Of a stretch of 64,000 nucleotides of DNA, positions 9,329 through 18,638 are shown piece by piece. The first letter of the stretch is position 1. Every line of letters begins with the position of its first letter. Origin of the DNA: Candidatus Hermodarchaeota archaeon (GTDB lineage: Archaea; Asgardarchaeota; Hermodarchaeia; Hermodarchaeales; Hermodarchaeaceae). Below the pieces are notes generated by a model. It did not search any database. It saw only the letters and a list, made by a program, of their open reading frames with translations, and had not been told where the DNA came from. The DNA is taken from the NCBI GenBank assembly GCA_016840065.1, contig JAEOTB010000037.1, forward strand, positions 1-64,000, given 5' to 3'. The translations under genes were made by a program, and so were the position numbers.

Positions 9329-9919
9329 TTGGTAGGGAGAGAAGAACACTTTAATAAGCGTAGGATATCTTATCCTACACTTGATTGGCAGGAAGCAGGT
9401 TCTTTGCGCAACAAATCATTATTGATTGCAATCACATTCACCACTTACATTCTACTTGCTCAATGTCCAAACATACTCTTTACAACATCAACAATATCTT
9501 CAGAAAGGACTGCTGGAAATATCGCGTTAATTATCGACTACGGGAATTCGACACAACAAGTCTTCACTGGACTTTCGGGTTTGACTGCATTCGATGTACT
9601 CAACAATTCAGCAAGCATAGTCTACCTTGAACATGGCTTCGGTAGATTCGTGACTGCAATCAACGGAGTCGTCAACAATGCTAATGCTAATGGGCGTTAT
9701 TGGCAATTCTGGGTAAATGATGAATTATCTCCAATAGCAACTGATTTCTACGAGCTTGCTGATGGTGACCGAATACTTTGGAAGTATTGTTCTCCAGAAA
9801 ACGCTTTCACAGGTTCTCCATTTAACAACTCCAGCTTATGGATTGGATTATTACTAATCACATGTTTCGTCGGTCTGGTGATTGGTATAGCGTTTTTTGT
9901 CAATCGGAAATTAAGGTGA
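9329..9919 (+). CDS. DUF4430 (transcobalamin-like) exported protein with C-terminal anchor; true start probably downstream
   Basis: FGRFVTAINGV...YWQFWVN...L.DGD.I.W.Y pattern; N- and C-terminal hydrophobic segments. Confidence 0.75.
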   Translation: MVGREEHFNKRRISYPTLDWQEAGSLRNKSLLIAITFTTYILLAQCPNILFTTSTISSERTAGNIALIIDYGNSTQQVFTGLSGLTAFDVLNNSASIVYLEHGFGRFVTAINGVVNNANANGRYWQFWVNDELSPIATDFYELADGDRILWKYCSPENAFTGSPFNNSSLWIGLLLITCFVGLVIGIAFFVNRKLR

Positions 9920-10626
9920 AAATAATGCGGTCAAAACCATTCATCATACTAAGCTGTGGTTTCTTACTCCTACTTCTAGGTGGTAATATAATGTCAGCCT
10001 CTGCCCAGAGTACGGCACAATATTCGGTCAATGTGACTCCTTCGCCTTTCGTTACACCTGTTCTGAAATGGACCATAACTAATGTCACTGAAAGAGCTGT
10101 GGGATGGGGATGGGGTGGCGATCTCTTCTGGCAAGCCCAGCCCGGGCAGCTAGTCGTATTTGAGATCTATGAGTTTCGTGACGATGAATTACATGGATTA
10201 TTCACTATTGGCAATCTGACACTTCCCACTAACGATTCCCGAATCGCGGGAGAATTGATGTTCAGTATTTGGCCTTGGTTTACAGGTCTTGTATCTCACC
10301 TTGACTGGGCAGCCGTGGACCAAGCCGCCACCGATTCAGCAACAGGCTGGATGGAAGGCAATATCGAGATTCATACTTCAGCCACAGAAAAGACTTACAC
10401 TTACCACCAAGGTAGTTTTGGAAATCAGAACACGACACTTGTCTACGATAAGAATACAGGAGTCTTACAAGCCGCCTATACAGAGTTTTTCCTTGCGGAG
10501 GATTACCATCTAGGGCTACAACTCGCACAAACTTCATTGTACTTGACACCTCTTGCACTAATCATTTTGGCAGGATTCGGAATCATCGGATTCGTCGTTA
10601 TGGTTGTTGTTCGCTGGCGAAGATAA
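9838..10626 (+). CDS. Exported protein with C-terminal membrane anchor (true start probably near 9925)
   Basis: Signal peptide MRSKPFIIL...SASA; C-terminal TM followed by RWRR. Confidence 0.65.
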   Translation: MDWIITNHMFRRSGDWYSVFCQSEIKVKIMRSKPFIILSCGFLLLLLGGNIMSASAQSTAQYSVNVTPSPFVTPVLKWTITNVTERAVGWGWGGDLFWQAQPGQLVVFEIYEFRDDELHGLFTIGNLTLPTNDSRIAGELMFSIWPWFTGLVSHLDWAAVDQAATDSATGWMEGNIEIHTSATEKTYTYHQGSFGNQNTTLVYDKNTGVLQAAYTEFFLAEDYHLGLQLAQTSLYLTPLALIILAGFGIIGFVVMVVVRWRR

Positions 10627-11245
10627 GGGACTGAGAGTTTTGACTAATATCGAAGAAGGAAAGCCCCCAACACAACGGAATGATTCAACAACCATTGCAC
10701 TGACAGCTGTGTTTGCAGCAGTAGCAGTAGGCGGAAATTATGCACTAGCTGGGGTGCCTAACGTAGAAATTTCCTCAGTGATGGTGTTTCTAAGCGGCTT
10801 TCTTTTCGGCTCGATAATCGGTGCCCTCACAGGTTTAATATCAATGACCATCTTTGAGGTATGGAATCCTTGGGGCCCATTTATTCCATCTATTGGGGTG
10901 GCAGTAATTGGTTGTACAATTCTCATCGGAATTATTGGTGGTATTACAGGAAAAAATCTGTATTACGAGGAATTATATGGCTCTAAGTGGGTTTTAGGAC
11001 CAGGTATAATAGGTGTAACCTTAACCCTATTGTATGACCTTGTCACAAACTTCGCTTCAAGTGCCACCTGGGGAATGTCTTTCAGCACAGTATTGGTATT
11101 CGGGCTCCCATTCATGTTAATTCATGTAATAAGCAATGGAATACTATTTGGTATGCTGACCCCACCAATTGTCAAGATTGTCGGAAATCTCAATTTAAGA
11201 ATTAATAACCTCGACAAACAGGCAAAAACTAAGAGTAGGTCATAA
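10604..11245 (+). CDS. ECF transporter S component (CbrT-like, probably cobalamin)
   Basis: AVFAA...PNVE motif, YDLVTN, HVISN; adjacent to a DUF4430 gene. Confidence 0.75.
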   Translation: MLFAGEDKGLRVLTNIEEGKPPTQRNDSTTIALTAVFAAVAVGGNYALAGVPNVEISSVMVFLSGFLFGSIIGALTGLISMTIFEVWNPWGPFIPSIGVAVIGCTILIGIIGGITGKNLYYEELYGSKWVLGPGIIGVTLTLLYDLVTNFASSATWGMSFSTVLVFGLPFMLIHVISNGILFGMLTPPIVKIVGNLNLRINNLDKQAKTKSRS

Positions 11246-11265
11246 GATTGGAGTATTGAAGTGAC

Positions 11266-11895
11266 TTGGAGGAAATTCCACTGAAACTGTTATCAGCCCT
11301 TGATGTGGATAGTAGACCAGGACCACCAACACAATTCAAGTCTTGGCATTTGCTAGCAGCCATCCTTTTGTACTGGAAAGCTGAACCGCCAATTGGGCGA
11401 TATCAACTAGGTAATGAGCTGGGATTAGGTGGAGGGAGTGTTCGGTCACTTGTCAAGTTCCTTCGCAAGCGCGATTTCATTCAGCCAGTACGGCGACGTG
11501 GGCACCAATTATCTAGTGAGGGGCAGAAATACATCAATGAGCTATCCCAAGTGCTAATCAAGATAGTGAAAGCACCTCAAAGTGAGTTCACGGTGGATCA
11601 GTATAATTTCGGTTGCCACCTTAGAGACAGAGCCCATTTAGTGACTGATGGAGTACGCCAGCGGGACGCTGCCCTGCGAGCTGGTGCAAGTGGAGCCACG
11701 ACCCTAGTTCAAGGACCAGACCCTGAAACCTTGATTATGCCTGTAGAACATCCTGTTTCTCGGGCAGAAGCAATCTCATTACTTGAACCCTATAGCCTTA
11801 GAGAAAAGGATGTGCTACTAATTGGAAGCGGCCCCTCTTGGGTCATAGCGAGACTAGGTACACTCGCAGCATCGATTACACTATTGGATGTGTAG
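11266..11895 (+). CDS. DUF4443/DUF2111-like archaeal HTH protein
   Basis: PIGRYQL...LGLGGGSVR HTH; DGVRQRDAALRAGASGATT motif. Confidence 0.7.
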   Translation: MEEIPLKLLSALDVDSRPGPPTQFKSWHLLAAILLYWKAEPPIGRYQLGNELGLGGGSVRSLVKFLRKRDFIQPVRRRGHQLSSEGQKYINELSQVLIKIVKAPQSEFTVDQYNFGCHLRDRAHLVTDGVRQRDAALRAGASGATTLVQGPDPETLIMPVEHPVSRAEAISLLEPYSLREKDVLLIGSGPSWVIARLGTLAASITLLDV

Positions 11896-11955
11896 TGTCT
11901 ACCTACTCAAGCTCAGATTTATTAGGTTGTGTTGCCTTTTTTCTAGTGAAACGAA

Positions 11956-12318
11956 ATGGGATGGAGATATTTCATCAAGCGGCTATTGGTCTTCTCGATT
12001 GTTTTTACAGTAGGGGCGCTACTCATTATCCCGTTTCTCCTCGGCGGGTGGACCCTCTGGAACATCATCTTAGCCCTCTTTTGTGAGGGAGCAATATTAC
12101 TGATTTTCGGAGCGCTCCTAGGTACGAGTTTTGTTGAAGGCGTCAGTTATCGCCGATTTGGAACGAACCCTCCAGTCACGCGTGATACAAGACGACACGC
12201 TGCTTCTCGGTGGCATGAACAAGCACTGAGCAAGGGTGCGCTCCTTTTAGCAGGCGGAATCATATTGGCTATCGCCCTTGTGTTGCTGATGATGTATCCA
12301 TACATCTCACCGGTGTGA
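11956..12318 (+). CDS. Small membrane protein
   Basis: Three hydrophobic segments. Confidence 0.55.
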   Translation: MGWRYFIKRLLVFSIVFTVGALLIIPFLLGGWTLWNIILALFCEGAILLIFGALLGTSFVEGVSYRRFGTNPPVTRDTRRHAASRWHEQALSKGALLLAGGIILAIALVLLMMYPYISPV

Positions 12319-12343
12319 CCTTAAACAAGAAAGTCTCACAAAT

Positions 12344-12922
12344 CTAGTCTTCTGATGAAGGGGTATCACTACCAAGGTGAGAGAGGACTAGTTGAGCTAG
12401 GCGTTCAAATGCGAGTCCTACATTCAAACCAGTTTTTGCACTGCTTTCAATAAATGTCATACGATGTTCTTTGGCAAATTGTGCGCCTTGCTCGGGGGCC
12501 ACCTTTGCAGGAAGGTCTGCTTTGTTCCCCACAAGGACGATTGGTATATTGTCACAAGCCTGTTTCACCTCCTCAACCCAAGATCCAAGACGTTCAAAAG
12601 AGAGAGGATTAGATTGGTCATAGACAAGAAGAGTGCCTTTTACACCACGGTAGTACAACTTTCGGATTGGTCCAAACCGCTCCTGACCTGCGGTGTCCCA
12701 GATTTGGAGCCTTAAGACCCTATCACCCATCTCGATATCCTTCACAAAGAAGTTGGTTCCGATTGTCATTAAATACCGAGGATTGTAGTAACCTTCTACA
12801 AATCGTACTGTGAGACTGGTTTTACCCACTTCTGCGTTTCCAATAACGGTTACCTTGGCGACATGAGTCCAAGGGCGCCTTTGTGCAGCTTCTTTTTCAA
12901 TAAATGACTCTGAAGGACACAT
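12344..12922 (-). CDS. Rab-like small GTPase
   Basis: GNAEVGKT, TIGTNF, LQIWDTAGQERF, YYRG, GNKAD and ESSAK motifs. Confidence 0.93.
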   Translation of the reverse strand: MCPSESFIEKEAAQRRPWTHVAKVTVIGNAEVGKTSLTVRFVEGYYNPRYLMTIGTNFFVKDIEMGDRVLRLQIWDTAGQERFGPIRKLYYRGVKGTLLVYDQSNPLSFERLGSWVEEVKQACDNIPIVLVGNKADLPAKVAPEQGAQFAKEHRMTFIESSAKTGLNVGLAFERLAQLVLSHLGSDTPSSED

Positions 12923-13077
12923 TATTATCCATCCAATGTTTTGCCCTCCTATCTAGTCAGAACACGTCTGACTGTCTTCTTTAAGACATCCTTAATAAAT
13001 AAAGTTCCTGTTTTTTCAATCTCGAGCTATCTCAACCAAAAGCTGAAGAACCGCAAACACATATCGAGTATGCAGAG

Positions 13078-14853
13078 GTGTCCACTGTGAGTAGGGACGC
13101 GTTTAGAACAGTAGAGTTTTGTCAAACACAGCGAGGACAGATTATTCAGGGTCTGCGAAACAATCTTTGGGATGTTGTTGTAATCGGTGGTGGCGTGACC
13201 GGGGCTGGTGTCGCTTTGGAGGCTGCGGCTCGGGGATTGAGTGTTGCTATTCTTGAGGCGCGCGACTTTGCCTCTGGAACCTCCAGTCTTTCCAGCAAGT
13301 TAGCTCATGGTGGAATCCGGTATATTGCTCAGTTCGAATTGGGACTCGTTAGAGAGGCAACCACAGAACGTAATTGGCTTCGAGACAAGGGTTTACCACA
13401 TTTGACCCGGGCGCAGCAGTTCATCGTTCCTGCATTCAGGGCGGGGAAGGTCGGTGATCGGGAACTTCCCAAGAGCAAAGATGGACTCGGGAAGATGCGT
13501 TTTGCAACTTTCTTATACGATTTGTTATGTGGCTTCAAGAATTACGGGAAACGCCAAATCATTAAGGACGTTGAGAAAATCAAAGAGATGGAGCCTGCTC
13601 TTGAAGCTACGCGCCTAAAGGGAGCTGCTTTCTATTATGACTGTAATATCGACGACGCACGACTAGTTGTAGAGACCCTCAAGGAAGTAATGCAAAAGGG
13701 GCAAGCCATAGCGCTGAATTATTTGAAGGTAGTCGAACTATCCTATGACTCTTCAGGCAGAGTTAATGGAGTGCATGCTATTGACAGAGCTAGCCTCAAA
13801 GAAGAGAAAATTTTTGTTAGGGGAAGAGTAGTGGTCAACACTACTGGAGTCTGGGCTGACGACATCTTATCTCTGAATCAGGACTCTCAACCAAAGGTGA
13901 TTCGCCCCACAAAGGGTGTTCATATTACCTTTCATCGCAGCGATTTACCAGTAAATCGCGCATTCGGTCTGAGATCAATTGATGATGGCCGCTTCTTTTT
14001 CGTTTTACCTCGCAACGATTGGGTTGTCGTAGGCACAACTGATACTGATTTCTCTGGAGACCCAACTGAGTGTTTTTGTGACCGAGAGGATGCGGATTAT
14101 CTATGTAACACGATTTCAGCACTTTTTCCGGACGCAAAAATTAGAGATGCGCAGCTACAGGGTTCATACGCTGGACTGCGCCCGCTTGTTGCAGAACCAG
14201 GTAAACCAGAAAGCAAGGTTTCTCGTAAACATGTGATATTAGAACGTGATGATGGATTGTTTAGCCTCCTTGGAGGAAAGCTCACGACTTTTCGAAAAAT
14301 GGCTGAAGACCTACTCCTCAAACATATACGAAAAATAAGGAAAGATGTGGGTCTACCAAAGTTCTCCTCTCAAAAGAATCTAACCAAGATTGTTTACACT
14401 ATTGCCATAACCAAGGAGGAATGGCAGGAAGCGCCTGAGGTTACATGCTCTAAGTTGCATCCACGAATCATTCACCACCTCTTTGAGCAATATGGTCGTG
14501 GTGGATTGGAGATTCTTCAACGAGTACAACAAGAACCTGAACTAGGTAAACGAATTCTGGACGACCCTGCTTACCCTGTAGAAGTGAGTCCTTGGATTAT
14601 CTGTGAAGTGGATTATGTGGTTCGACACGAGGCGCCGCTCCATCTAGAAGATGTGCTTTGCCGCCGAATGGAAATCAGTTGGCTTGTTCGCCCTGATTAC
14701 CAAGGACAAATTGCTGTAAAAACAGCATTACGAATGGGGAAGATACTCGGCTGGTCAAAGGCTAGAATCCGAAAAGAGATTAGAACCTACCTTCAAACCA
14801 TCAAGAATAATAGTTTCTTCTTCAAGGGAAAGATTCCCATTCCAGACTTCTAA
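13078..14853 (+). CDS. glpD: FAD-dependent glycerol-3-phosphate dehydrogenase/oxidase
   Basis: IGGGVTG, GTSSLSSKLAHGGIRY, DDARL, GTTD, AGLRPL and GGKLTTFR motifs. Confidence 0.92.
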   Translation: MSTVSRDAFRTVEFCQTQRGQIIQGLRNNLWDVVVIGGGVTGAGVALEAAARGLSVAILEARDFASGTSSLSSKLAHGGIRYIAQFELGLVREATTERNWLRDKGLPHLTRAQQFIVPAFRAGKVGDRELPKSKDGLGKMRFATFLYDLLCGFKNYGKRQIIKDVEKIKEMEPALEATRLKGAAFYYDCNIDDARLVVETLKEVMQKGQAIALNYLKVVELSYDSSGRVNGVHAIDRASLKEEKIFVRGRVVVNTTGVWADDILSLNQDSQPKVIRPTKGVHITFHRSDLPVNRAFGLRSIDDGRFFFVLPRNDWVVVGTTDTDFSGDPTECFCDREDADYLCNTISALFPDAKIRDAQLQGSYAGLRPLVAEPGKPESKVSRKHVILERDDGLFSLLGGKLTTFRKMAEDLLLKHIRKIRKDVGLPKFSSQKNLTKIVYTIAITKEEWQEAPEVTCSKLHPRIIHHLFEQYGRGGLEILQRVQQEPELGKRILDDPAYPVEVSPWIICEVDYVVRHEAPLHLEDVLCRRMEISWLVRPDYQGQIAVKTALRMGKILGWSKARIRKEIRTYLQTIKNNSFFFKGKIPIPDF

Positions 14854-14906
14854 TTGCAAAGGCTTATTTCAAGGTTGTACTTATCATCCTAGGAGGGATT
14901 CAAAAA

Positions 14907-15485
14907 ATGAGCCCGCGTAGACTATTTCGAACAGACTGGCTTTGGGCATTAATCACCATAGTCCTAACAATCAGTGCAGTCGTTTCCTTGTTTTGGGTCG
15001 CGAGTATTGATGGCTACCGCCCTGAACTCCTCTGGGATATGATTCCTCACGCACTATCAGGGGCAGCCATTTGCGCTTTTTTCCTAAACTTCAACGTCAG
15101 CCGATCTAGAAAGAGGTACATTGCAATACTGCCCTTAATCTTGCTGACCATAATACCTGCAGTCATCATTACACTCTTTTTAGGGATAATTTGGGAAATG
15201 ATTGAGGTTGGACTGCCATGGTTAGGCTTCTTCGCTTACGATATAGGGAACATCATTCGTGATATAATCGCCGACATAATTGGTGCTGTCTTCACAGCAA
15301 TAATATACTTCTATCATTTTGAAGCATTAGAGGAAATTCAAAAACCAGACACCGAAACCAAACCAACTCAGGGGCAAGACTCTAGTCAAGTACCAGGCAG
15401 AGACACAATGAACTATTGTGATAACTGTGGTTCAGTAATGCCTCCAGGAGAACGTACCTGTGACAATTGTGGTGCTAGGGGATAA
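14907..15485 (+). CDS. Membrane protein with C-terminal zinc ribbon
   Basis: Four TM segments with H...WE...D pattern; terminal CDNCG...CDNCG. Confidence 0.65.
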   Translation: MSPRRLFRTDWLWALITIVLTISAVVSLFWVASIDGYRPELLWDMIPHALSGAAICAFFLNFNVSRSRKRYIAILPLILLTIIPAVIITLFLGIIWEMIEVGLPWLGFFAYDIGNIIRDIIADIIGAVFTAIIYFYHFEALEEIQKPDTETKPTQGQDSSQVPGRDTMNYCDNCGSVMPPGERTCDNCGARG

Positions 15486-15515
15486 TTAATACCCAAACAA
15501 GTAAACTATCCTGCC

Positions 15516-16604
15516 GTGGATTCTATGACAGAAAAGGATGTTTATAGAAAACTTCAGGAACATCTCGACAGCCTGCCCGTAGGATTTCCCGCAACAAAAT
15601 CTGGAGTAGAGATACGAATCTTACGCCATCTTTTCACTGAAGAAGAAGCAAGGATGGCATGCCACCTTACACCCTTCGCAGCTTCAGCTGAACAAATCGC
15701 TCAGAAAAGTGGACACACTCCTGCTGAAGCGGAGAAGCTGTTAGAGCAGATGGGACGAAAGGGCCTCATCTTCACCTCACGCAAAGGAGGAAAGAGTACC
15801 TATCGAGCGGCTTGGTTTGCAATCGGAATATTCGAACACCAAGTTACTCGATTGACAAAGGAATTCTATCAAGATGTCGAGCAGTATATCGAAGAAGGCT
15901 TACGTGATGAAATAGTCTCAGCTCAAACACCACAACTGCGCGTGGTACCCGTGGAAACAAGCTTTGACTCCAAGATGGAAATAGCCCCATACGACTCTGT
16001 CAGAGAACTCATCAAACAGCAATCAAAACTGGTCGTGGCTGAATGTATATGCCGTAAGGGTAGCAAGCTAAAGGGCGAGGGGTGCGGCAAACCCCTAGAA
16101 ACCTGCCTCGTCTTTAGCACAGGGGCTTTCTACTACCTAGAGAATGGACTAGGACGGGAGATATCCCAAGAAGAAGCACTAGAAATTATAGACAAAGCCG
16201 AGGAAGCAGGTCTTGTATTGCAACCAGGTAATGCCCAGAAAACATTCAATATCTGCGCCTGCTGCGGAGATTGCTGCGAGATCCTAAAGAACCTCAAGAA
16301 ATTCCCCAAGCCCAGTGAGATGGTTGCCAGTAACTATTATGCCCAAATAGACGCAGACTCTTGTTCATCTTGTGAGACCTGTATTGACCGCTGTCAAATG
16401 GACGCTATTACTGTTCCTGACACGGCAGTAGTTGACTTGGACCGATGCATTGGCTGCGGACTGTGTGTGACCACTTGTCCAAGCGAAGCAATCACTATGA
16501 AGCAGAAAGAAGAGAGTGAATTAACAGTCCCACCAGCAACTGGTACTGACCTCTATATCAAAATCGGAACCGAGCGGCAAGAAAAAGCCCAGAAAGGCAC
16601 CTAA
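15516..16604 (+). CDS. 4Fe-4S ferredoxin-domain protein with N-terminal HTH
   Basis: CICR, CACCGDCC and two CxxCxxCxxxC motifs. Confidence 0.85.
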   Translation: MDSMTEKDVYRKLQEHLDSLPVGFPATKSGVEIRILRHLFTEEEARMACHLTPFAASAEQIAQKSGHTPAEAEKLLEQMGRKGLIFTSRKGGKSTYRAAWFAIGIFEHQVTRLTKEFYQDVEQYIEEGLRDEIVSAQTPQLRVVPVETSFDSKMEIAPYDSVRELIKQQSKLVVAECICRKGSKLKGEGCGKPLETCLVFSTGAFYYLENGLGREISQEEALEIIDKAEEAGLVLQPGNAQKTFNICACCGDCCEILKNLKKFPKPSEMVASNYYAQIDADSCSSCETCIDRCQMDAITVPDTAVVDLDRCIGCGLCVTTCPSEAITMKQKEESELTVPPATGTDLYIKIGTERQEKAQKGT

Positions 16605-16801
16605 CACAAACCCCACCAATCTTGTACTCAATTCCTACCATCTCACATGATACAATTCATTTGACTTAACAAAGAATGGAGTAAGCAATAATACTGACAC
16701 CAGAAATAAGAGCTTTTAAATAGGAGCAGTATGTTATATTTTCTGGTCAGTTTCGGGGAAACGGAATGGGAACCGAGCTGATTACATTCACCTATACGTG
16801 A

Positions 16802-17980
16802 GTGGAGAAAATAGGAAAAAATAAATCAAAACAAGCAATAGCTCTACTGTTTGTTGGAGTTTTCTTCGCTTCGTGGATGCCTTCAGTCTACAGCATCAGT
16901 CTGGGACAGCATCTACTGCAATTGGGGCTTCAACCTGTGATACTCCAATTCGGAGAAGACACCACACTCAGCAAGACGACAACCATACTTGAAGAAAACA
17001 TTGAAGATGTCCGCGTCGAAATAGTTGAAACGCGGGCAGAGTTAGACCACCAGCTTTGGCTATCCCGCCAGGAAATCTTCTATGTAGCTCACGGAACACC
17101 AGAAGGCTTCCAACTAGGAGAAGAACTGGTGGACTGGGATATCCTGAAAACCGAAATTGCAGAAAGCCATAGAGGAACAGAACACTACATCGCGGCCTGT
17201 TACTCTACAAACGCCCTCGTAGAAAACAAACCCATCGTCACATACAACGACGAAATCGATGCCACCGTCGCAGCCTACGGGATGCTCTACGGTCACGCCA
17301 CTTTGAATGGTGACATGAAGCGCAAGTTTACCTATCATGTCCTAACTTTGAAAGAATCATTTATGCGCAGTTATGGAATTGCCCCAGTTGAACCACTATC
17401 AGGTCATTACGAGCCTGTTGATGAACAATACGAAATGTTTGGGATTCTTTGGGACTTAAGAGACTATTACACACATAAACGAAATTACGACCAACCGTCA
17501 AAACAAGAATATTTCTGGGATCAAGGACGAAACCTCGACGACGAATTCGTCATCGATCCTACTACTACAGATACAATGCCAGGGTTCGAAACTCACGGGG
17601 CGGGTTATTGCGGCGCATATTTTCAACCTCAATCTTTGCTTGATGCTATGGCAGCCGACGCCACTGGTGATGTGTGGGCTGCGGCTGGGTTTGCAGCAGT
17701 AATGAGTATACTCGGTGTTCTTTCTGGTCCATTAGGTGCGATATTTGCGGTACTCTGTGCAGTTGCAATGGCTTTATTTGTCGCACTAGGATTAATTGCC
17801 AAAATCCACTTGGACCTCATTGCGCATCAGCGAGACTCTTGGGTCGGTAACGGCGGCTACATGTTTAACTACTTCACTGACACAGGGGTTATTGCCACAA
17901 AATGGGGAACATCAATTTGGCACTGCTCAGTGTCGGGTATACCATCATTTCCAGTATATTTCAGTGACAATACATACTGA
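16802..17980 (+). CDS. Secreted protein with a clan-CD-like peptidase dyad (H97/C133) and a long hydrophobic hairpin; probably continuous with 17992-18531
   Basis: Signal peptide; IFYVAHG and YIAACYS; hydrophobic stretch at about aa 291-335. Confidence 0.55.
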   Translation: MEKIGKNKSKQAIALLFVGVFFASWMPSVYSISLGQHLLQLGLQPVILQFGEDTTLSKTTTILEENIEDVRVEIVETRAELDHQLWLSRQEIFYVAHGTPEGFQLGEELVDWDILKTEIAESHRGTEHYIAACYSTNALVENKPIVTYNDEIDATVAAYGMLYGHATLNGDMKRKFTYHVLTLKESFMRSYGIAPVEPLSGHYEPVDEQYEMFGILWDLRDYYTHKRNYDQPSKQEYFWDQGRNLDDEFVIDPTTTDTMPGFETHGAGYCGAYFQPQSLLDAMAADATGDVWAAAGFAAVMSILGVLSGPLGAIFAVLCAVAMALFVALGLIAKIHLDLIAHQRDSWVGNGGYMFNYFTDTGVIATKWGTSIWHCSVSGIPSFPVYFSDNTY

Positions 17981-17991
17981 ACGGTGGATCT

Positions 17992-18531
17992 ATGCACCCA
18001 GAAGCAGAAGCACTCTGGGTGGAAGACGAACCAGTTCCACCCCCTCCACCACCTCCACCACCCGGCGATGACCCGCCACGTCCACCACCCGGCGGAGGCG
18101 GCTGTCCGATTCTCTCTGTAAACGATGGGAACAACTACATCTCAGAGGGTTTACTGGATATCCACGCAGCTGATGATGTCTTCCTAGGACACTATCTAAA
18201 GACTACCCCAGAACGTATAGACAACTGCTATCTACTCCGATTAACCGAGCACCCACAGACCATTTCTCACATCGATCAAGTGCAACTAGTAGCAGTATTA
18301 TCAAATGGACAACTTCATAAGATGTCATTAGTTTCAGCAGTGCATTCAGCACACGGTAACGTAAAACAACTACTGCTCTTGGAAGATGATATCCGCGTAG
18401 ACGCCTTGGGTGCTGACCACAACAACGGAGTCAGTGAGGTTATTGACTTACAGTTTGTAGCCCCAAGTGGATTAGATATCGTCGGGTTTTTCTTCTTCAT
18501 TGAAGGCAACAACGCAATCTCTAAAACATGA
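17992..18531 (+). CDS. Pro-linker plus GGGGCP-initiated beta-rich domain; probably the frameshifted C-terminus of the upstream ORF
   Basis: Poly-Pro linker at the start; frame open from 17968, overlapping the end of the upstream ORF. Confidence 0.55.
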   Translation: MHPEAEALWVEDEPVPPPPPPPPPGDDPPRPPPGGGGCPILSVNDGNNYISEGLLDIHAADDVFLGHYLKTTPERIDNCYLLRLTEHPQTISHIDQVQLVAVLSNGQLHKMSLVSAVHSAHGNVKQLLLLEDDIRVDALGADHNNGVSEVIDLQFVAPSGLDIVGFFFFIEGNNAISKT

Positions 18532-18559
18532 ACACAGAAGCATCATTATTAGAAAGCAA

Positions 18560-18601
18560 GAGCCGTTTTCGATTAGAACTCGGCTCACCCTTTCTTTTTT
18601 T
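18560..18601 (+). terminator. Hairpin plus T-tract terminator
   Basis: GAGCCG...CGGCTC stem followed by CCCTTTCTTTTTTT. Confidence 0.55.
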
Positions 18602-18638
18602 AGGTATAAGTTGAATCTATTCTTGATAGGCGAGCAAC

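Noticed and set aside
13435-13490. In-frame intron in glpD (GGGAAG/CTTCCC hairpin in a short insertion)
   Set aside because: Flanks do not form the central helix and the frame is intact.
17950-17990. BHB intron explaining the 17980/17992 split (TTCAGT/ACTGAA hairpin)
   Set aside because: No 4-bp central helix with 3-nt bulges can be drawn.
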